Below the pieces are notes generated by a model. The model saw only the letters and a program-made list of their open reading frames with translations, did no database searches and was not told where the DNA came from. From positions 1 to 64,000 of the IMG/VR virus record IMGVR_UViG_3300037840_000188: a DNA stretch of 64,000 bases; one strand, written 5' to 3'. The translations under genes and the position numbers were made by a program. Below, piece by piece: positions 28,448-38,732 of this stretch. The number at the start of each line of letters is the position of its first letter. The stretch's first letter is position 1. The DNA comes from a virus.

Positions 28448-28477
28448 TTGACTTTTAACCGTAAAGAACGATACCAT
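28448..28477 (+). promoter_or_regulatory. sigma70-like promoter of the glycosylation cluster
   Basis: TTGACT-18 nt-TACCAT, GTG start at 28486. Confidence 0.5.
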
Positions 28478-28485
28478 CCGATTTC

Positions 28486-29676
28486 GTGGCAAGAACTCCA
28501 TTCCGAAAACACAGCAACCCTATACTTTTTGTTTCAGATCGAGCTGAGGATCTATCTGGTTTAGCGCGTTGCGCCCGCGATATTGCATCGCTCGCCGCCA
28601 CGTTACCAGAGTTTAGGGTCGGCTATTTAGGTCGTGGCGGAATCGGAAAGAAAGCATTTCCGTGGACCTCGTACAGTTATCCCGAGAACGCGGGCTGGGG
28701 TCAGGGCCACATCGAAGAAGTGATCCGCGATTTCTTCGGCGAAGAGCGCGGCATTATTTTTTCGAATTGGGATCTCTCGCGACTGGGATGGATGTTCGGT
28801 CCGCAATACGCGAGTGAGCGACAGCGAGTCCTGTTTGGCGAAGGGCGTAATTTTGAACTGTGGGGATATCCGCCGGTCGACTCAACCGGCCCGGATGGCC
28901 ACCGACTCGGTGTCGAGCAACTCCAAATCGCGAACGGTCCTGACCGCATCCTCGCTCCCTCGGAATGGGGCATGAATGTCCTTAAGAATGGCGGTCGGAT
29001 GGATGCGGATTACATGCCGCACGGGCTATTTCTCGACCGCTTTAAGGTGCACCCCGATCCCCGCCCACTGCTTGGCTGGAAAGCGGAAGATATTTTTGTC
29101 GGCATATGCATGACTAACCAGGCCCGTAAGGACTGGCCAGTTGCGTTCGAGTGCCTCGCGGTTCTCAAGCAGGAGTTCGGTAACCGCCTGAAGGCATGGT
29201 TACACGTTGATCGTTTAATCCATTACTTCAATCTCTACGCCCTCGCCACCGATTATGGCGTAGCCGACTGCCTTCAGATCACCACCGAACTTAACGACGA
29301 TCAACTTGCATTGAGGTATTCAGCCTGCGATTGTACGCTCGTGGCCAGCGGTGGCGAAGGATTTTGCTATCCGTGCGCTGAGTCCATGGCCTGCGGAACC
29401 GCCTGCGTGGTCGCTAATTATGCCGCCGCCCAGGAACTCGTGCCCGAAGACTGCCGCGTACATCCCGTAACGTACCGCGTCGATACGCAGTTTAATTGTC
29501 GGCGAGCGGTGCTGTCCGGGTATTCATTTGCGAATGCCGTCAAGGAGCAGATCGAAAAGAAACGGGTCGATCCTGAGGGGCGGTCGGAGGAGTTGGCGGA
29601 GATGGTGGCTCATCTTTCCTGGGATAAGCTGAAGGTGCCATGGACGAAGTGGCTTCTGGCTGGGTTACGTCAGTGA
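28486..29676 (+). CDS. GT-B glycosyltransferase (GT4-like)
   Basis: NQARKD, YSACD, EGFCYPCAESMACG (Ex7E). Confidence 0.88.
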   Translation: MARTPFRKHSNPILFVSDRAEDLSGLARCARDIASLAATLPEFRVGYLGRGGIGKKAFPWTSYSYPENAGWGQGHIEEVIRDFFGEERGIIFSNWDLSRLGWMFGPQYASERQRVLFGEGRNFELWGYPPVDSTGPDGHRLGVEQLQIANGPDRILAPSEWGMNVLKNGGRMDADYMPHGLFLDRFKVHPDPRPLLGWKAEDIFVGICMTNQARKDWPVAFECLAVLKQEFGNRLKAWLHVDRLIHYFNLYALATDYGVADCLQITTELNDDQLALRYSACDCTLVASGGEGFCYPCAESMACGTACVVANYAAAQELVPEDCRVHPVTYRVDTQFNCRRAVLSGYSFANAVKEQIEKKRVDPEGRSEELAEMVAHLSWDKLKVPWTKWLLAGLRQ

Positions 29677-30206
29677 CTATCACTTCCTTTGCGAGGCGTC
29701 TCGGTGTCGCCGTAGCGGCGCTTCAGGTCGCCTCCCGACGGATAATCGGGAGATCTTCAGATAGCGACCCGGTGATATCGATCTCGATTTCTGGTGAAGA
29801 ATGGAAGGTCGTCAATCACGGCAGATCTGTTGCCTATGACGTTCAGATTTCATCAATGACGTATGCTGGTCTGTCGGCGACTTTTCCGCTGATCCCGTGC
29901 CTCTCTAACATCGCTCGCCTCATTCCTCTCGTAACGGCAGATCGCGACGCATTTAAAATATCCAGAGGTCCGCTTTCTCGTAACAAGAACGACGTTAGGG
30001 AAATCCTGCTGAGAAAGTGGAGCGACCGAAATGGCTTCATCGACGATCCGCCGCGCGAAGAAATCATGACCATCGCCATCAGGTACCGAAATGTCGATGG
30101 ATGGTGGTTTACTACCACCGCCGATCTTTCGCTTACGATTGTTTCTCGTGAATTGTCAATACGGAATATCAGAAATGCTGATCAGCCTGAATATAGGGAG
30201 GCTTAA
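29673..30206 (+). CDS. hypothetical protein
   Basis: GTGA-coupled ORF. Confidence 0.4.
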   Translation: MTITSFARRLGVAVAALQVASRRIIGRSSDSDPVISISISGEEWKVVNHGRSVAYDVQISSMTYAGLSATFPLIPCLSNIARLIPLVTADRDAFKISRGPLSRNKNDVREILLRKWSDRNGFIDDPPREEIMTIAIRYRNVDGWWFTTTADLSLTIVSRELSIRNIRNADQPEYREA

Positions 30207-30207
30207 C

Positions 30208-30456
30208 GTGAAGGATTACGATATCGTGATTAGCGGGCGGCGCGCCGTTGAAGAAATAATCCAGGTAATGGACGTAGACAGCGCCGACACCGCTATCGCC
30301 AAGGCCGAAATGCTTCTGGCCAAGAAGCTCGGCTGCGAAGTTTCCGAGTTGATCGACGTGCAGGTGGAGCGTTGCATTTACATCGATCCCGGCGAAGAAG
30401 CCGACTACAAGAACATGGGTGAGCAGAAGACGCTGCGGGACATCATCGGGACGTAA
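30208..30456 (+). CDS. hypothetical protein
   Basis: GGGAGG RBS plus GTG start. Confidence 0.5.
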   Translation: MKDYDIVISGRRAVEEIIQVMDVDSADTAIAKAEMLLAKKLGCEVSELIDVQVERCIYIDPGEEADYKNMGEQKTLRDIIGT

Positions 30457-30569
30457 ATGAAGGCCTTTTTGAAATACCTCGTCTGCGCCATCCTCGGCCA
30501 TCGGGAACTGTTCGCGCAGTCTTCGAAGCAGCGGTATTACTGTGGCTGTTGTGAGCGGTGGATTCCGAA

Positions 30570-31136
30570 ATGACCGTTTTTTGTGAGCCACTGCTCGATC
30601 AGTCGTCAACCAAACGCACGTGCGCGAAGTGTGGTGCGACTTGGGAGGATGGGACGCCGGTGCCAGCGTGCTCGGTGATGGCGGCAACCGAAGTTAAGCG
30701 CTGCTTTCCGAAATTCGGCGGTCCGTTCGATATGGACACTAATCCGCCATCAGATAAGAAATACGAGATCTGTGAAAGGTGCGGAAATTCCTGGCCACAC
30801 AATACCCTACCTCCATTGTGCCCCCGAGATGGGGCAATGGGCGTAGTGCTCCCAGTGGCCGTGATGTCAGGAGCCCACGGCATAGCCTCGGACGGACATT
30901 CAATTACTGAACACTTTGAAGTTTCTCGTCAGGTTCTTCTTGATCCTGTCGTCCGCGATCTGGCTCCGAATGAACCCTTCTTCATCCTTCGCGGTTCGGA
31001 CCTGCTCGCCGATTACCTTGTTGAGCTTTGGGCTCGCAACGCCGAGACACATGGTTGCAATCCTAAGCTCGTACAGGCAGCACGCGAGAAGGCACGAGAG
31101 ATGAGGGCGTTCGGGCCGAGAAAGTATCCTGTATGA
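30570..31136 (+). CDS. Zn-finger protein with NEPFFILRGSD domain
   Basis: two CxxC units; C-terminus resembles 3049-3354. Confidence 0.55.
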   Translation: MTVFCEPLLDQSSTKRTCAKCGATWEDGTPVPACSVMAATEVKRCFPKFGGPFDMDTNPPSDKKYEICERCGNSWPHNTLPPLCPRDGAMGVVLPVAVMSGAHGIASDGHSITEHFEVSRQVLLDPVVRDLAPNEPFFILRGSDLLADYLVELWARNAETHGCNPKLVQAAREKAREMRAFGPRKYPV

Positions 31137-31336
31137 ACGAGAACGACCCGCTGGCTATTGATCCATGCCCGCACGACCAGCATTCGCCAGCTATTGTGCA
31201 TCGTGGCGGCAGCATACCAGCCTCCGTGTTGAATACGTGCGGCATTTGTGGGAATTACATCGTTCGCGTCGATGGGATGGTGTGGGTGGCCGTCTGTGAG
31301 CGTGAGTCGGAGAGGGTGAGGGCGGCGTATAGATGA
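31133..31336 (+). CDS. hypothetical protein
   Basis: ATGA-coupled. Confidence 0.45.
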   Translation: MNENDPLAIDPCPHDQHSPAIVHRGGSIPASVLNTCGICGNYIVRVDGMVWVAVCERESERVRAAYR

Positions 31337-31620
31337 TCCCCATCTCTCCGGTCCTGTGCGAAGAATTCGTTCCGCTTGAGATCGTGTATGGCAAAGATCA
31401 GCCCGAATACATCTCATTACCAGTTCTGCGTAACAGTACTGGCGTGGTTCTTTCCCGCTGGCAGTTAACCCCCGAAGAGCGCAAGGCCGTCGCTGAGGGC
31501 GCGGATGTCCTCCTGAGCATCTGGACTTTTAATCAACAACTCCAGCCTCTGCGCGTGGAGATCGGCGAGTGTGACCGCAGCATACTCGATATCGCCCAAC
31601 ACATGGGGCTCGTCGAATGA
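31333..31620 (+). CDS. hypothetical phage protein
   Basis: KDQPEYISLP..SRWQLTPEER motif. Confidence 0.6.
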   Translation: MIPISPVLCEEFVPLEIVYGKDQPEYISLPVLRNSTGVVLSRWQLTPEERKAVAEGADVLLSIWTFNQQLQPLRVEIGECDRSILDIAQHMGLVE

Positions 31621-33008
31621 TTTATCGCAAAACACTCCATTCCACCGCTGGGATGTCGCAGTGGTACGACGCCAAGTACAAAGAGATGGGCGGCTGCTGG
31701 CAAACTCCTGTTGAAGAGCTTGACAGGCACATATCCGACTTTGGCGGAGTCGCTGGACTCAGCGTGCTCGATGTCGGATGCGGTGATGGATCATTTGTCA
31801 GACGGCTTACGGAGCATGGTGCAATAGCGTGTGGCGTAGAGATTTCTGATGAAGCTATTAAGAGGAGCATAAATCCAAAGCGTCTGATCAGACACGATAT
31901 CTGTGCTGGCGTGGTTGCTGTTCTCGACGACTCAACGCCGCGAATGTCTCTTCCTTTCGACCGCATCATCTCTCTCGGCTCCCTGGAGCATGTTATCGAT
32001 ATCGATGCCGCGCTCGATAACATCCGACTCAGCCTAGCGCCAGAGGGTCGCTTTTATTTTCTGATTCCGAACGAACTCTGGAAGCATAACGATCAGCCAA
32101 ATGAGCGCACGGCAACCGACGCGGAATGGACTTCGTTATTCAAAAAGCACGGCCTTATTGTAGAGTCGGCGAAGCGGTGGAATGACAGTACGGCGTTTCA
32201 AGGCGGCATATACAGAGCATTGACATGTGAAATAGCCAGCGTCCTGTGCGGCGGCACCGGCCCCAAGCTGACCTTTAATTTCCATGGCCTCGCCGATGAC
32301 TTCAGTGTAGACACAAAGACAGAGCGCGTCTGTTTTATCGATCCTTCTATCGGCTCAGGGATGGGGAATATTAAGTGCCGTTGGTATGACAACCGCACGA
32401 ATCTGGTGACGCCCTGCGCGGCTTATCAGGCGCTGCTCGATGCGACCGAGGCTGATGTCTTGGTGTACGTTCATGACGATGTGGATATCTACGATCCCAA
32501 CTGGCTGACCCGCGTTATGAATATTTTTGAAACAAATCCGAAGTGCGTGGCTGTTGGCCTTGGAGGTGCCACGTCACTCGGCAGGCCTTCACTGTATAAG
32601 CGTCGCTACCGGATTGAGGATATGGCGAGAGGTGGCTATGCGTCTAATCAACGGGACTGGAATATACACGGTGAGCTACTTGTCGATAATCACCGCGTCG
32701 CTGTCCTCGATGCTTTCTTCATGGCCGTTCGTGCAGATTTTATTCTTTCTATCGGTGGCTGGCCTGTCGATCATCTATCTCACCATTGCCTCGATTTATG
32801 GCTGGCGTGTCAAGCAGCGAGACACGAAAAAGAAGTCTGGGTCGCTGGGATAGAATGCGCGCACTTCGGAGGTGGGTCGAGTACTAAGCCAACGTACCGC
32901 TCGGCTGATTGGCTTCAGGGTGGTTGCATGGAGGAAGACCATCGACGCCCGCACCGCTACTTACACCAGGAATTTATCGATTGCCTCCCGATTACGGTGG
33001 CCCCATGA
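31617..33008 (+). CDS. class I SAM methyltransferase fused to GT-A glycosyltransferase
   Basis: VLDVGCGDG, SLEHV; C-terminal VYVHDDV, LDAFFMA. Confidence 0.85.
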   Translation: MIYRKTLHSTAGMSQWYDAKYKEMGGCWQTPVEELDRHISDFGGVAGLSVLDVGCGDGSFVRRLTEHGAIACGVEISDEAIKRSINPKRLIRHDICAGVVAVLDDSTPRMSLPFDRIISLGSLEHVIDIDAALDNIRLSLAPEGRFYFLIPNELWKHNDQPNERTATDAEWTSLFKKHGLIVESAKRWNDSTAFQGGIYRALTCEIASVLCGGTGPKLTFNFHGLADDFSVDTKTERVCFIDPSIGSGMGNIKCRWYDNRTNLVTPCAAYQALLDATEADVLVYVHDDVDIYDPNWLTRVMNIFETNPKCVAVGLGGATSLGRPSLYKRRYRIEDMARGGYASNQRDWNIHGELLVDNHRVAVLDAFFMAVRADFILSIGGWPVDHLSHHCLDLWLACQAARHEKEVWVAGIECAHFGGGSSTKPTYRSADWLQGGCMEEDHRRPHRYLHQEFIDCLPITVAP

Positions 33009-33331
33009 CCTTAGCTATCGCCCTTGAAAACGGCTCCGACTTTTACGGTCCACTTTTTAATGCTCTCGACGCCCATACGGCGAAAAGTGGCAATTGGAGC
33101 ATTGAGAAGAATCCCCAGCGATTGGCTTACCAAAGCGTGCGCGACGAAGACGAGCACGCGCAGTATAGCTGGCTTAATAAAGAACATATGGACTCGGCTT
33201 ACGAGGCTAACTCCATGGTTGTCCTTCGCTGGTACAAAGACACACCAGTCGGCTCATATGCAATCGCGGCGCTGGATATGTGGTGGCTGGCGAAGACTCT
33301 CGTCGAGAAGTTTCCGGAGATCTTCGCATGA
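33005..33331 (+). CDS. hypothetical protein
   Basis: coupled ORF; WYKDTPVGSY. Confidence 0.5.
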   Translation: MTLAIALENGSDFYGPLFNALDAHTAKSGNWSIEKNPQRLAYQSVRDEDEHAQYSWLNKEHMDSAYEANSMVVLRWYKDTPVGSYAIAALDMWWLAKTLVEKFPEIFA

Positions 33332-33576
33332 CCTGGATCAAAGCCATGTCCTCCGGCCAGCCCAGTTCTCATATCGCAGAGTTCGCACATTCAGAAGGTC
33401 GTTTATACGTGAGATTCCAGCGCGGCGATGTGCATTCCTACCCGGCTCCAGATACCGTATTCAATGCCATGCGCGCGGCCCCGAGCGCGGGAGTTTTCTT
33501 CAATTCATTTATTAAGAGGCGGCGGTCGACGAGACATGAGGATATGGAGAAGCCGAAAGAAGTAAAGAAGAAATGA
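33328..33576 (+). CDS. KTSC domain protein
   Basis: SSHI...LYVRFQRG..SY...APSAGVFFNSFIK. Confidence 0.85.
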   Translation: MTWIKAMSSGQPSSHIAEFAHSEGRLYVRFQRGDVHSYPAPDTVFNAMRAAPSAGVFFNSFIKRRRSTRHEDMEKPKEVKKK

Positions 33577-34385
33577 CAAACATAGTGATTATCGGTCGCG
33601 GGAGGCGCGCGCTTGTTCAGCAGACCATCGACTCTCTCTATGCCAATACCGATCAGGAACAATTCAATTGCGTCTTCGTCGCTGACATGGAGGAAGACTT
33701 TCGCATTCTTCGCTGCCTGCGCGGCATCACCAGAAAAAACTTTTCTCTCCTCGAAGTCACATCTGGTAGCTCCCATGTCCTGTCACAATTAAAGAACCTC
33801 GGCGCATACTGGAGCGAACAGCGCTGGGGCCGTGGCGACTGGCTTTATTTTTCGGATAATGATGTCTGGTTTTCTCCTGGCTGGATGGATAAGTTAACAA
33901 ATGCCGCTGAGCTTACCGAACAGGACGGATTCCGATTATGGGGTGGACAAATCCACCCATTTCATCAGCCACTCGTTGGGCCACAGGGATCTCCCCTCTC
34001 ATGGGGAGAGGTGGACGCGGCGAATGGAAATAACGTCAGGCGCAACGCGACGCTCACTGAACACGCCATCCTTGACGGCCCCTCGTGGCTGATGCGGTGG
34101 AACACATGGGATACCTACGGTCCACTCCAAAGAACGACCGCGCCCGGAGTGTGTCAGTCTGAGGAAACGCCATTTTGTAGATTACTTACCGCTCCAGTAT
34201 CGATGACGAGAGAGCAGTGCCGTGAATCTGAATTGCGCGGCACTACTATCCTCGGGGGATGCCGTATCGGGGTAATCCATCCTCACGTGGTTGTTCACAC
34301 CGGCCTCTCCCAGTCTGACGGCAGGCCAACTCCCGGCGCAGCCGAACGCCGCGCCCTAATACCGCCAGGAGTCTTAGCCGAGTGA
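33573..34385 (+). CDS. GT-A (GT2-like) glycosyltransferase
   Basis: LYFSDNDVWFSPGW (DxD). Confidence 0.75.
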   Translation: MTNIVIIGRGRRALVQQTIDSLYANTDQEQFNCVFVADMEEDFRILRCLRGITRKNFSLLEVTSGSSHVLSQLKNLGAYWSEQRWGRGDWLYFSDNDVWFSPGWMDKLTNAAELTEQDGFRLWGGQIHPFHQPLVGPQGSPLSWGEVDAANGNNVRRNATLTEHAILDGPSWLMRWNTWDTYGPLQRTTAPGVCQSEETPFCRLLTAPVSMTREQCRESELRGTTILGGCRIGVIHPHVVVHTGLSQSDGRPTPGAAERRALIPPGVLAE

Positions 34386-35005
34386 CATTAGAATCCTTCA
34401 TCTCCGACGCCCTGTCTGACTCCCCCACGATAATCGACTGCGGAGCAAACGAAGGCCAGTGGGTCTCAAGAATCAAGCCCTACCTCAAAGGCACACCGAG
34501 TATCACATCTATCGAGATGCTGCGATCAGAGGCCGAGAAGTGCCGCCAGAATCATCCAGACATCATGGTCCTCAACTATGCGGTTGGGGCTGGCAGCTAC
34601 AATGCCATCGCGCGGAGGCACGGCTTCTCCCAAAGTTCCTCTATCCTCGTCATGACCGAGATTCACGATCAGGTATGGGGTAGCAGCACGCATGATCCGA
34701 CAGGCTTCGAGACCGTGGAGATGAAGACCCTCGATGCTCTATTTCCAAGCGTCACCGTAGATCTCCTGAAGCTCGATCTTCAGGGTTACGAGATGGAGGC
34801 ATTAAAGGGTGCCGTTAATCTGCTCGCGAGAATCTCCCATGTAATCTCAGAAGTGGCGTGGTTCGAGTTGTACGAGGGACAGCCGCTATTCGCCGACATC
34901 GATAAATTTCTTCAGGATGCAGGGTTTCATTTCGTTGAAGACTTTGACGTGAAAATGCACTGGAACGACAAGGCGGCGGGGGATGGCATATGGAGCAAGG
35001 CATGA
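34382..35005 (+). CDS. FkbM family methyltransferase
   Basis: IDCGANEGQ, LLKLDLQGYEMEALKG, YEGQPLF. Confidence 0.9.
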   Translation: MTLESFISDALSDSPTIIDCGANEGQWVSRIKPYLKGTPSITSIEMLRSEAEKCRQNHPDIMVLNYAVGAGSYNAIARRHGFSQSSSILVMTEIHDQVWGSSTHDPTGFETVEMKTLDALFPSVTVDLLKLDLQGYEMEALKGAVNLLARISHVISEVAWFELYEGQPLFADIDKFLQDAGFHFVEDFDVKMHWNDKAAGDGIWSKA

Positions 35006-35661
35006 CGCCGGAATTTTCTATTCTTCACCCTACAATCCGCCTCCCGGATGGCTGGCGAGCGGCGCACGACGCTTGGTATGCGACCGCCAGCGATCCGGCG
35101 TCGATTGAGTACCTGCTGATCGTGGATGGAGATACCCTGTTAGCGCAAACAGACGGCGTCCGTCTCATAATCAACCACGGCCCCCATTCTTACGTCTCTG
35201 CCATGAATACCGGTGCCCACTCCGCTACCGGCAGATGGCTCATCTCCGCAGCCGATGATTGGTTCCCTGCTCCCGGCTGGGACTTGGAGCTTCGTCGCCT
35301 GGTGCCCGATCCGCTCACTACGCAGGCGCTGGTAAATGTCGTCAACGGCCACCATAACCATTCGATATATCCGATCCTGACGCGGGCCTATTACGAACGG
35401 CCCGGTCGTGGTGGGCATCCGAACGGGGAGATGTTCCATCCGGACTATATGTCGATGGGCTCGGACGACGATATCAGCCGTGTGGCACGGCAGGATGGCG
35501 TGTGGATCGACAGCCCAATGGTTTTCGAGCATGAGCATCCGTGGCGCGGACAGCCGCAGCATGACACGCATGGGGCGTACGCTCACGTCCAAAGCAATGA
35601 GGCTTTTGAGATCGGACGCGCGGTGCAGGAGCGGCGAATTAAGGAGGGGTGGATCAGGTGA
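35002..35661 (+). CDS. GT-A (GT2-like) glycosyltransferase
   Basis: SILHPT.R, IEYLLIVD, SAADDWFP..WD, FEHEH. Confidence 0.75.
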   Translation: MTPEFSILHPTIRLPDGWRAAHDAWYATASDPASIEYLLIVDGDTLLAQTDGVRLIINHGPHSYVSAMNTGAHSATGRWLISAADDWFPAPGWDLELRRLVPDPLTTQALVNVVNGHHNHSIYPILTRAYYERPGRGGHPNGEMFHPDYMSMGSDDDISRVARQDGVWIDSPMVFEHEHPWRGQPQHDTHGAYAHVQSNEAFEIGRAVQERRIKEGWIR

Positions 35662-36206
35662 TATTCGAAGACGTAATGACTCTTACCCGCACCATCGACT
35701 CGCCGTTAATTTTCAGCGACGAAGAGGCCCAGGCATACTACGATCTGTTGACTACGGTCCCCGATGGCTCTACGGTCCTGGAGATTGGCCTTCAGTACGG
35801 ACGTTCCTCTTCGGTCGCGCTCCAGGTAGCCCGTAACCGCTCGCTCACCTATTACGGCATTGACCCTTTCACTGAGACTCCGCAAGCGGAGGTAGAGTGG
35901 CTGAATCTGAGAGACCAGATCAACTACCCAGTCTGGCTGTTGAAATATCGTTCAGACGAGGTGCGTAATTGGCCGCCCTCCGTGGCACTCGCTCTGATCG
36001 ACGGCGACCATACGACCGAGGGCGTGACTACAGATTGCAAGCTGGTGATGCCGCTTATTGCATCGAGTGGATATATCTGTTTGCATGATTACGACCGTTC
36101 CCATTTGCCTGGGGTGAAGTGGGGAGCGGAGGCGACGCTGGGGCAGTCAGCAGAGTGGAAATTGGAGCGAGTCACTGGGACGCTCGCGATCTGGAGGAAG
36201 GCGTGA
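35649..36206 (+). CDS. class I SAM methyltransferase (Methyltransf_24-like)
   Basis: LEIGLQYGRSS, IDGDH, ICLHDY. Confidence 0.85.
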   Translation: MDQVIFEDVMTLTRTIDSPLIFSDEEAQAYYDLLTTVPDGSTVLEIGLQYGRSSSVALQVARNRSLTYYGIDPFTETPQAEVEWLNLRDQINYPVWLLKYRSDEVRNWPPSVALALIDGDHTTEGVTTDCKLVMPLIASSGYICLHDYDRSHLPGVKWGAEATLGQSAEWKLERVTGTLAIWRKA

Positions 36207-36363
36207 TGTTCTCCTACGGGCCGATGAACGACGCACCACAGGAGCCATGCTGCGCGTGCAACGAGTACACTCGTAACCACTTGGAAACTCCGCATCATAG
36301 TTACTATTTATGCCAGACGTGCATGGATAATCTGTCTGTCGGCGGAGAAGTGGGGCGCACCGA

Positions 36364-37089
36364 ATGACTCCTTCCCAATCCAACCGCCGCTACGAAGCTA
36401 TCCGACTCGCCATTGTGTCGTGCCAGTGCGACCCACTCACGTCGATTAAATTCTCCATGTTTCTTCACTCTGCGAAAGTGTTCGGTCACACGGAAATTCA
36501 CTGGTACAAGGGCACAGAGAGCGGAGTCGTATACTCAGACTTCGCTGACGCTAAAGTAAATCGCCTCCTGCCGGTGCTGGAACGCCTCCGCTCGGAAGGC
36601 TACACGCACGTACTCTACACCGACAGCACTGATGCCTTCTTCGTCGGAACTAAAGAGAAGATCCTCCGCTCTTACCAGAAGATGGAGTTTCCGCCGGTGC
36701 TGTTCAGTCGAGAACGCGGGTGTTATCCACATCATCACCTCGGGGATAAGATTCCGGAGCATTTGAGGTTTCCGAATACAGGTCAGTACATGGGTCAGAT
36801 CGATGCTTTAATTACTATGTGGACGGCTGTGCGGGAGAGGTACGGGAAAGAGCCGGACAACGAACAGGGCTGGCTCCAGAAGGCTTGCGCTGATGGCGTG
36901 AATATTGTGCTCGATACCAAGAGTCAGATTTTCAGAGCGGATGCAAGTGACTACAATCCGAAGCACTGGAGTACCTGCTTAGTCCATCAGCAAGGGGGCT
37001 ACAGTTCGCCAGAGCGTGGTAAGTACGACGACATGCTCCCTTTGTTTTTGCGGGTTTTTGAGAAGGAGCCGACGTGTCCATCCGCTTGA
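36364..37089 (+). CDS. PLOD/LH3-like glycosyltransferase domain protein
   Basis: VLYTDSTDAFF, VLFSRERGCYP, RFPNTGQYMG, NEQ, LDTKSQIF; parallels the PLOD GT pattern FTDxYD/FSAE..CWP/LNSGxxIG/DDQ. Confidence 0.65.
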   Translation: MTPSQSNRRYEAIRLAIVSCQCDPLTSIKFSMFLHSAKVFGHTEIHWYKGTESGVVYSDFADAKVNRLLPVLERLRSEGYTHVLYTDSTDAFFVGTKEKILRSYQKMEFPPVLFSRERGCYPHHHLGDKIPEHLRFPNTGQYMGQIDALITMWTAVRERYGKEPDNEQGWLQKACADGVNIVLDTKSQIFRADASDYNPKHWSTCLVHQQGGYSSPERGKYDDMLPLFLRVFEKEPTCPSA

Positions 37090-37709
37090 ATGTTGGATCG
37101 GGGCAGAGGCCGTTCGGATTACCCAGACCAATTCCAAACCACAATGACGCGTGTTTAGTGTGCGGAAATTCAGCGGAAACGCACTGCGTGGATGCCCTTA
37201 CTCACGAGCGCCTGCCAGTCGGTGGATTCGTCCACAAGTTTATTCCCATCGGCGGCTGGTGTAATATCGACATCAGCCCAAAATTCTCTCCTGACATAGT
37301 AGCTGATTGCGAGAAGATGCCGATGTTCGCTGATAGATCGGCTGAACTCATCGTGTCCCACCATAATGTTGAGCACTACGGATGCGGAGAGGCTGCTTCG
37401 ATGGTCGGTGAATGCTTGAGAATATTGGAACCAGGTGGATCGCTTATCGTCTGCGTGCCCGACATGCGAGCCCTCGCGCAGGCGTGGATCGAAGGACGGA
37501 TGGATACGCAATTGTGTATGACCAATTTTTTCGGCGCTTACGTTGACAACGAGGCAGACCGCCACCGCTGGGGGTTCGACGCTCGGTCCTTAAAGGAATT
37601 TCTTATGGGATGTGGATTTAAAAAAGTGATTCCGTTTGACTGGAGATCGATAGCTGGGGCCGACATTGCGCGAGCATGGTGGGTACTCGGCGCGGAGGCA
37701 ATTAAGTGA
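37074..37709 (+). CDS. class I SAM methyltransferase (type 11-like)
   Basis: LNVGSG, NIDI, HNVEH, RILEPGG..VPD, H..GFD. Confidence 0.85.
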   Translation: MSIRLNVGSGQRPFGLPRPIPNHNDACLVCGNSAETHCVDALTHERLPVGGFVHKFIPIGGWCNIDISPKFSPDIVADCEKMPMFADRSAELIVSHHNVEHYGCGEAASMVGECLRILEPGGSLIVCVPDMRALAQAWIEGRMDTQLCMTNFFGAYVDNEADRHRWGFDARSLKEFLMGCGFKKVIPFDWRSIAGADIARAWWVLGAEAIK

Positions 37710-38619
37710 ACATTGCGCGCCTAGTAGCCCATGACTTTAAAGCCGAAGCACTGCGTTCTTCTGGAGTTTTTGCAGCTTGAGCTTTTCTGCTCATCTCGCG
37801 TCGCTGCTCCAGAGTAAAGGATGCGCGTCTTTTTTTAGCAATCTCAGATCTTCTTTCCGGGGGTATAGAAGCGTTCATTTTCCTAGCCCATTCACTTCTT
37901 TCCTCAGGAGTTCTATTGGCTTGTATCTTTCTGGCGCGGGCGCTCCTTTCTTCTGGACTCAGTTGCGCTTCGTATTTCGCCTTAGCTTCTCGTCTTTTTT
38001 GACGTGTTTCTTCGCTTGCGATAAGAGGCCTCGATTGCAGCAGCTTTCCGATAATATAATCCCTTTTCTCCTGAGGGTATTCCTCCCATGCTTTCTTTGC
38101 AGACTCGATCAATTCTTCTTTAGTAAAGTGACTTCTGGCGTAAGCGCAGCGAGCGTTTCTTTCCTCAGGGGACAGGGACATCATTTGATTTTTGGCAAAC
38201 TCCGCCTGCTTAGCGCGTCTCTCTGGGGTCATTCTTTGCTTCATCAGTTCGGACTGTCTTGCTCTCTGTTCCGGACTCATCCTCCTGCCGGGGCACCCAT
38301 CTCCGCCGTCGGTAGTGTTTGTAAGCCTAGAGCCAGCCTGATCCCTGAAGTGCTTAATCCACTTCTTTTCTGCCTTTTTCCATTCGTCACCTTCCCCCGA
38401 ATCGATCTTTTCAATGGTTGGCTGTGTCTCCTTTCCAAGCAGGTACGAAATCCACCTCTGACAATGGGATGCGTTCGGATGTGCACGGGCATGCCTGATG
38501 TGATTCTGAAGCCTAAGCTTAATACCAATGGACGTCCATCCTACATAGCGGACGTCACCAGACAGCGGACATCTAAGCACGTATACGATCCATTTCATCT
38601 CCCTCGTCTCCGTTGGCAC
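37702..38619 (-). CDS. GIY-YIG endonuclease with C-terminal helical repeats
   Basis: IVYVLRCP...VRYVGWT..RL..H..E..WI..LTN..GGDG; about 8 (S/T)PE(E/R)RS repeats; antisense to cluster. Confidence 0.8.
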   Translation of the reverse strand: MPTETREMKWIVYVLRCPLSGDVRYVGWTSIGIKLRLQNHIRHARAHPNASHCQRWISYLLGKETQPTIEKIDSGEGDEWKKAEKKWIKHFRDQAGSRLTNTTDGGDGCPGRRMSPEQRARQSELMKQRMTPERRAKQAEFAKNQMMSLSPEERNARCAYARSHFTKEELIESAKKAWEEYPQEKRDYIIGKLLQSRPLIASEETRQKRREAKAKYEAQLSPEERSARARKIQANRTPEERSEWARKMNASIPPERRSEIAKKRRASFTLEQRREMSRKAQAAKTPEERSASALKSWATRRAMFT

Positions 38620-38732
38620 ACTGGAAGGTGTACTCTTAACTCTCTAGACCCAAGTTTCAACCTGCAAAATGGACACGGAGTAAGGACCTTTTTTCTGCCT
38701 GCTCCGGGAGATCTTTTTACCATATTACAATT

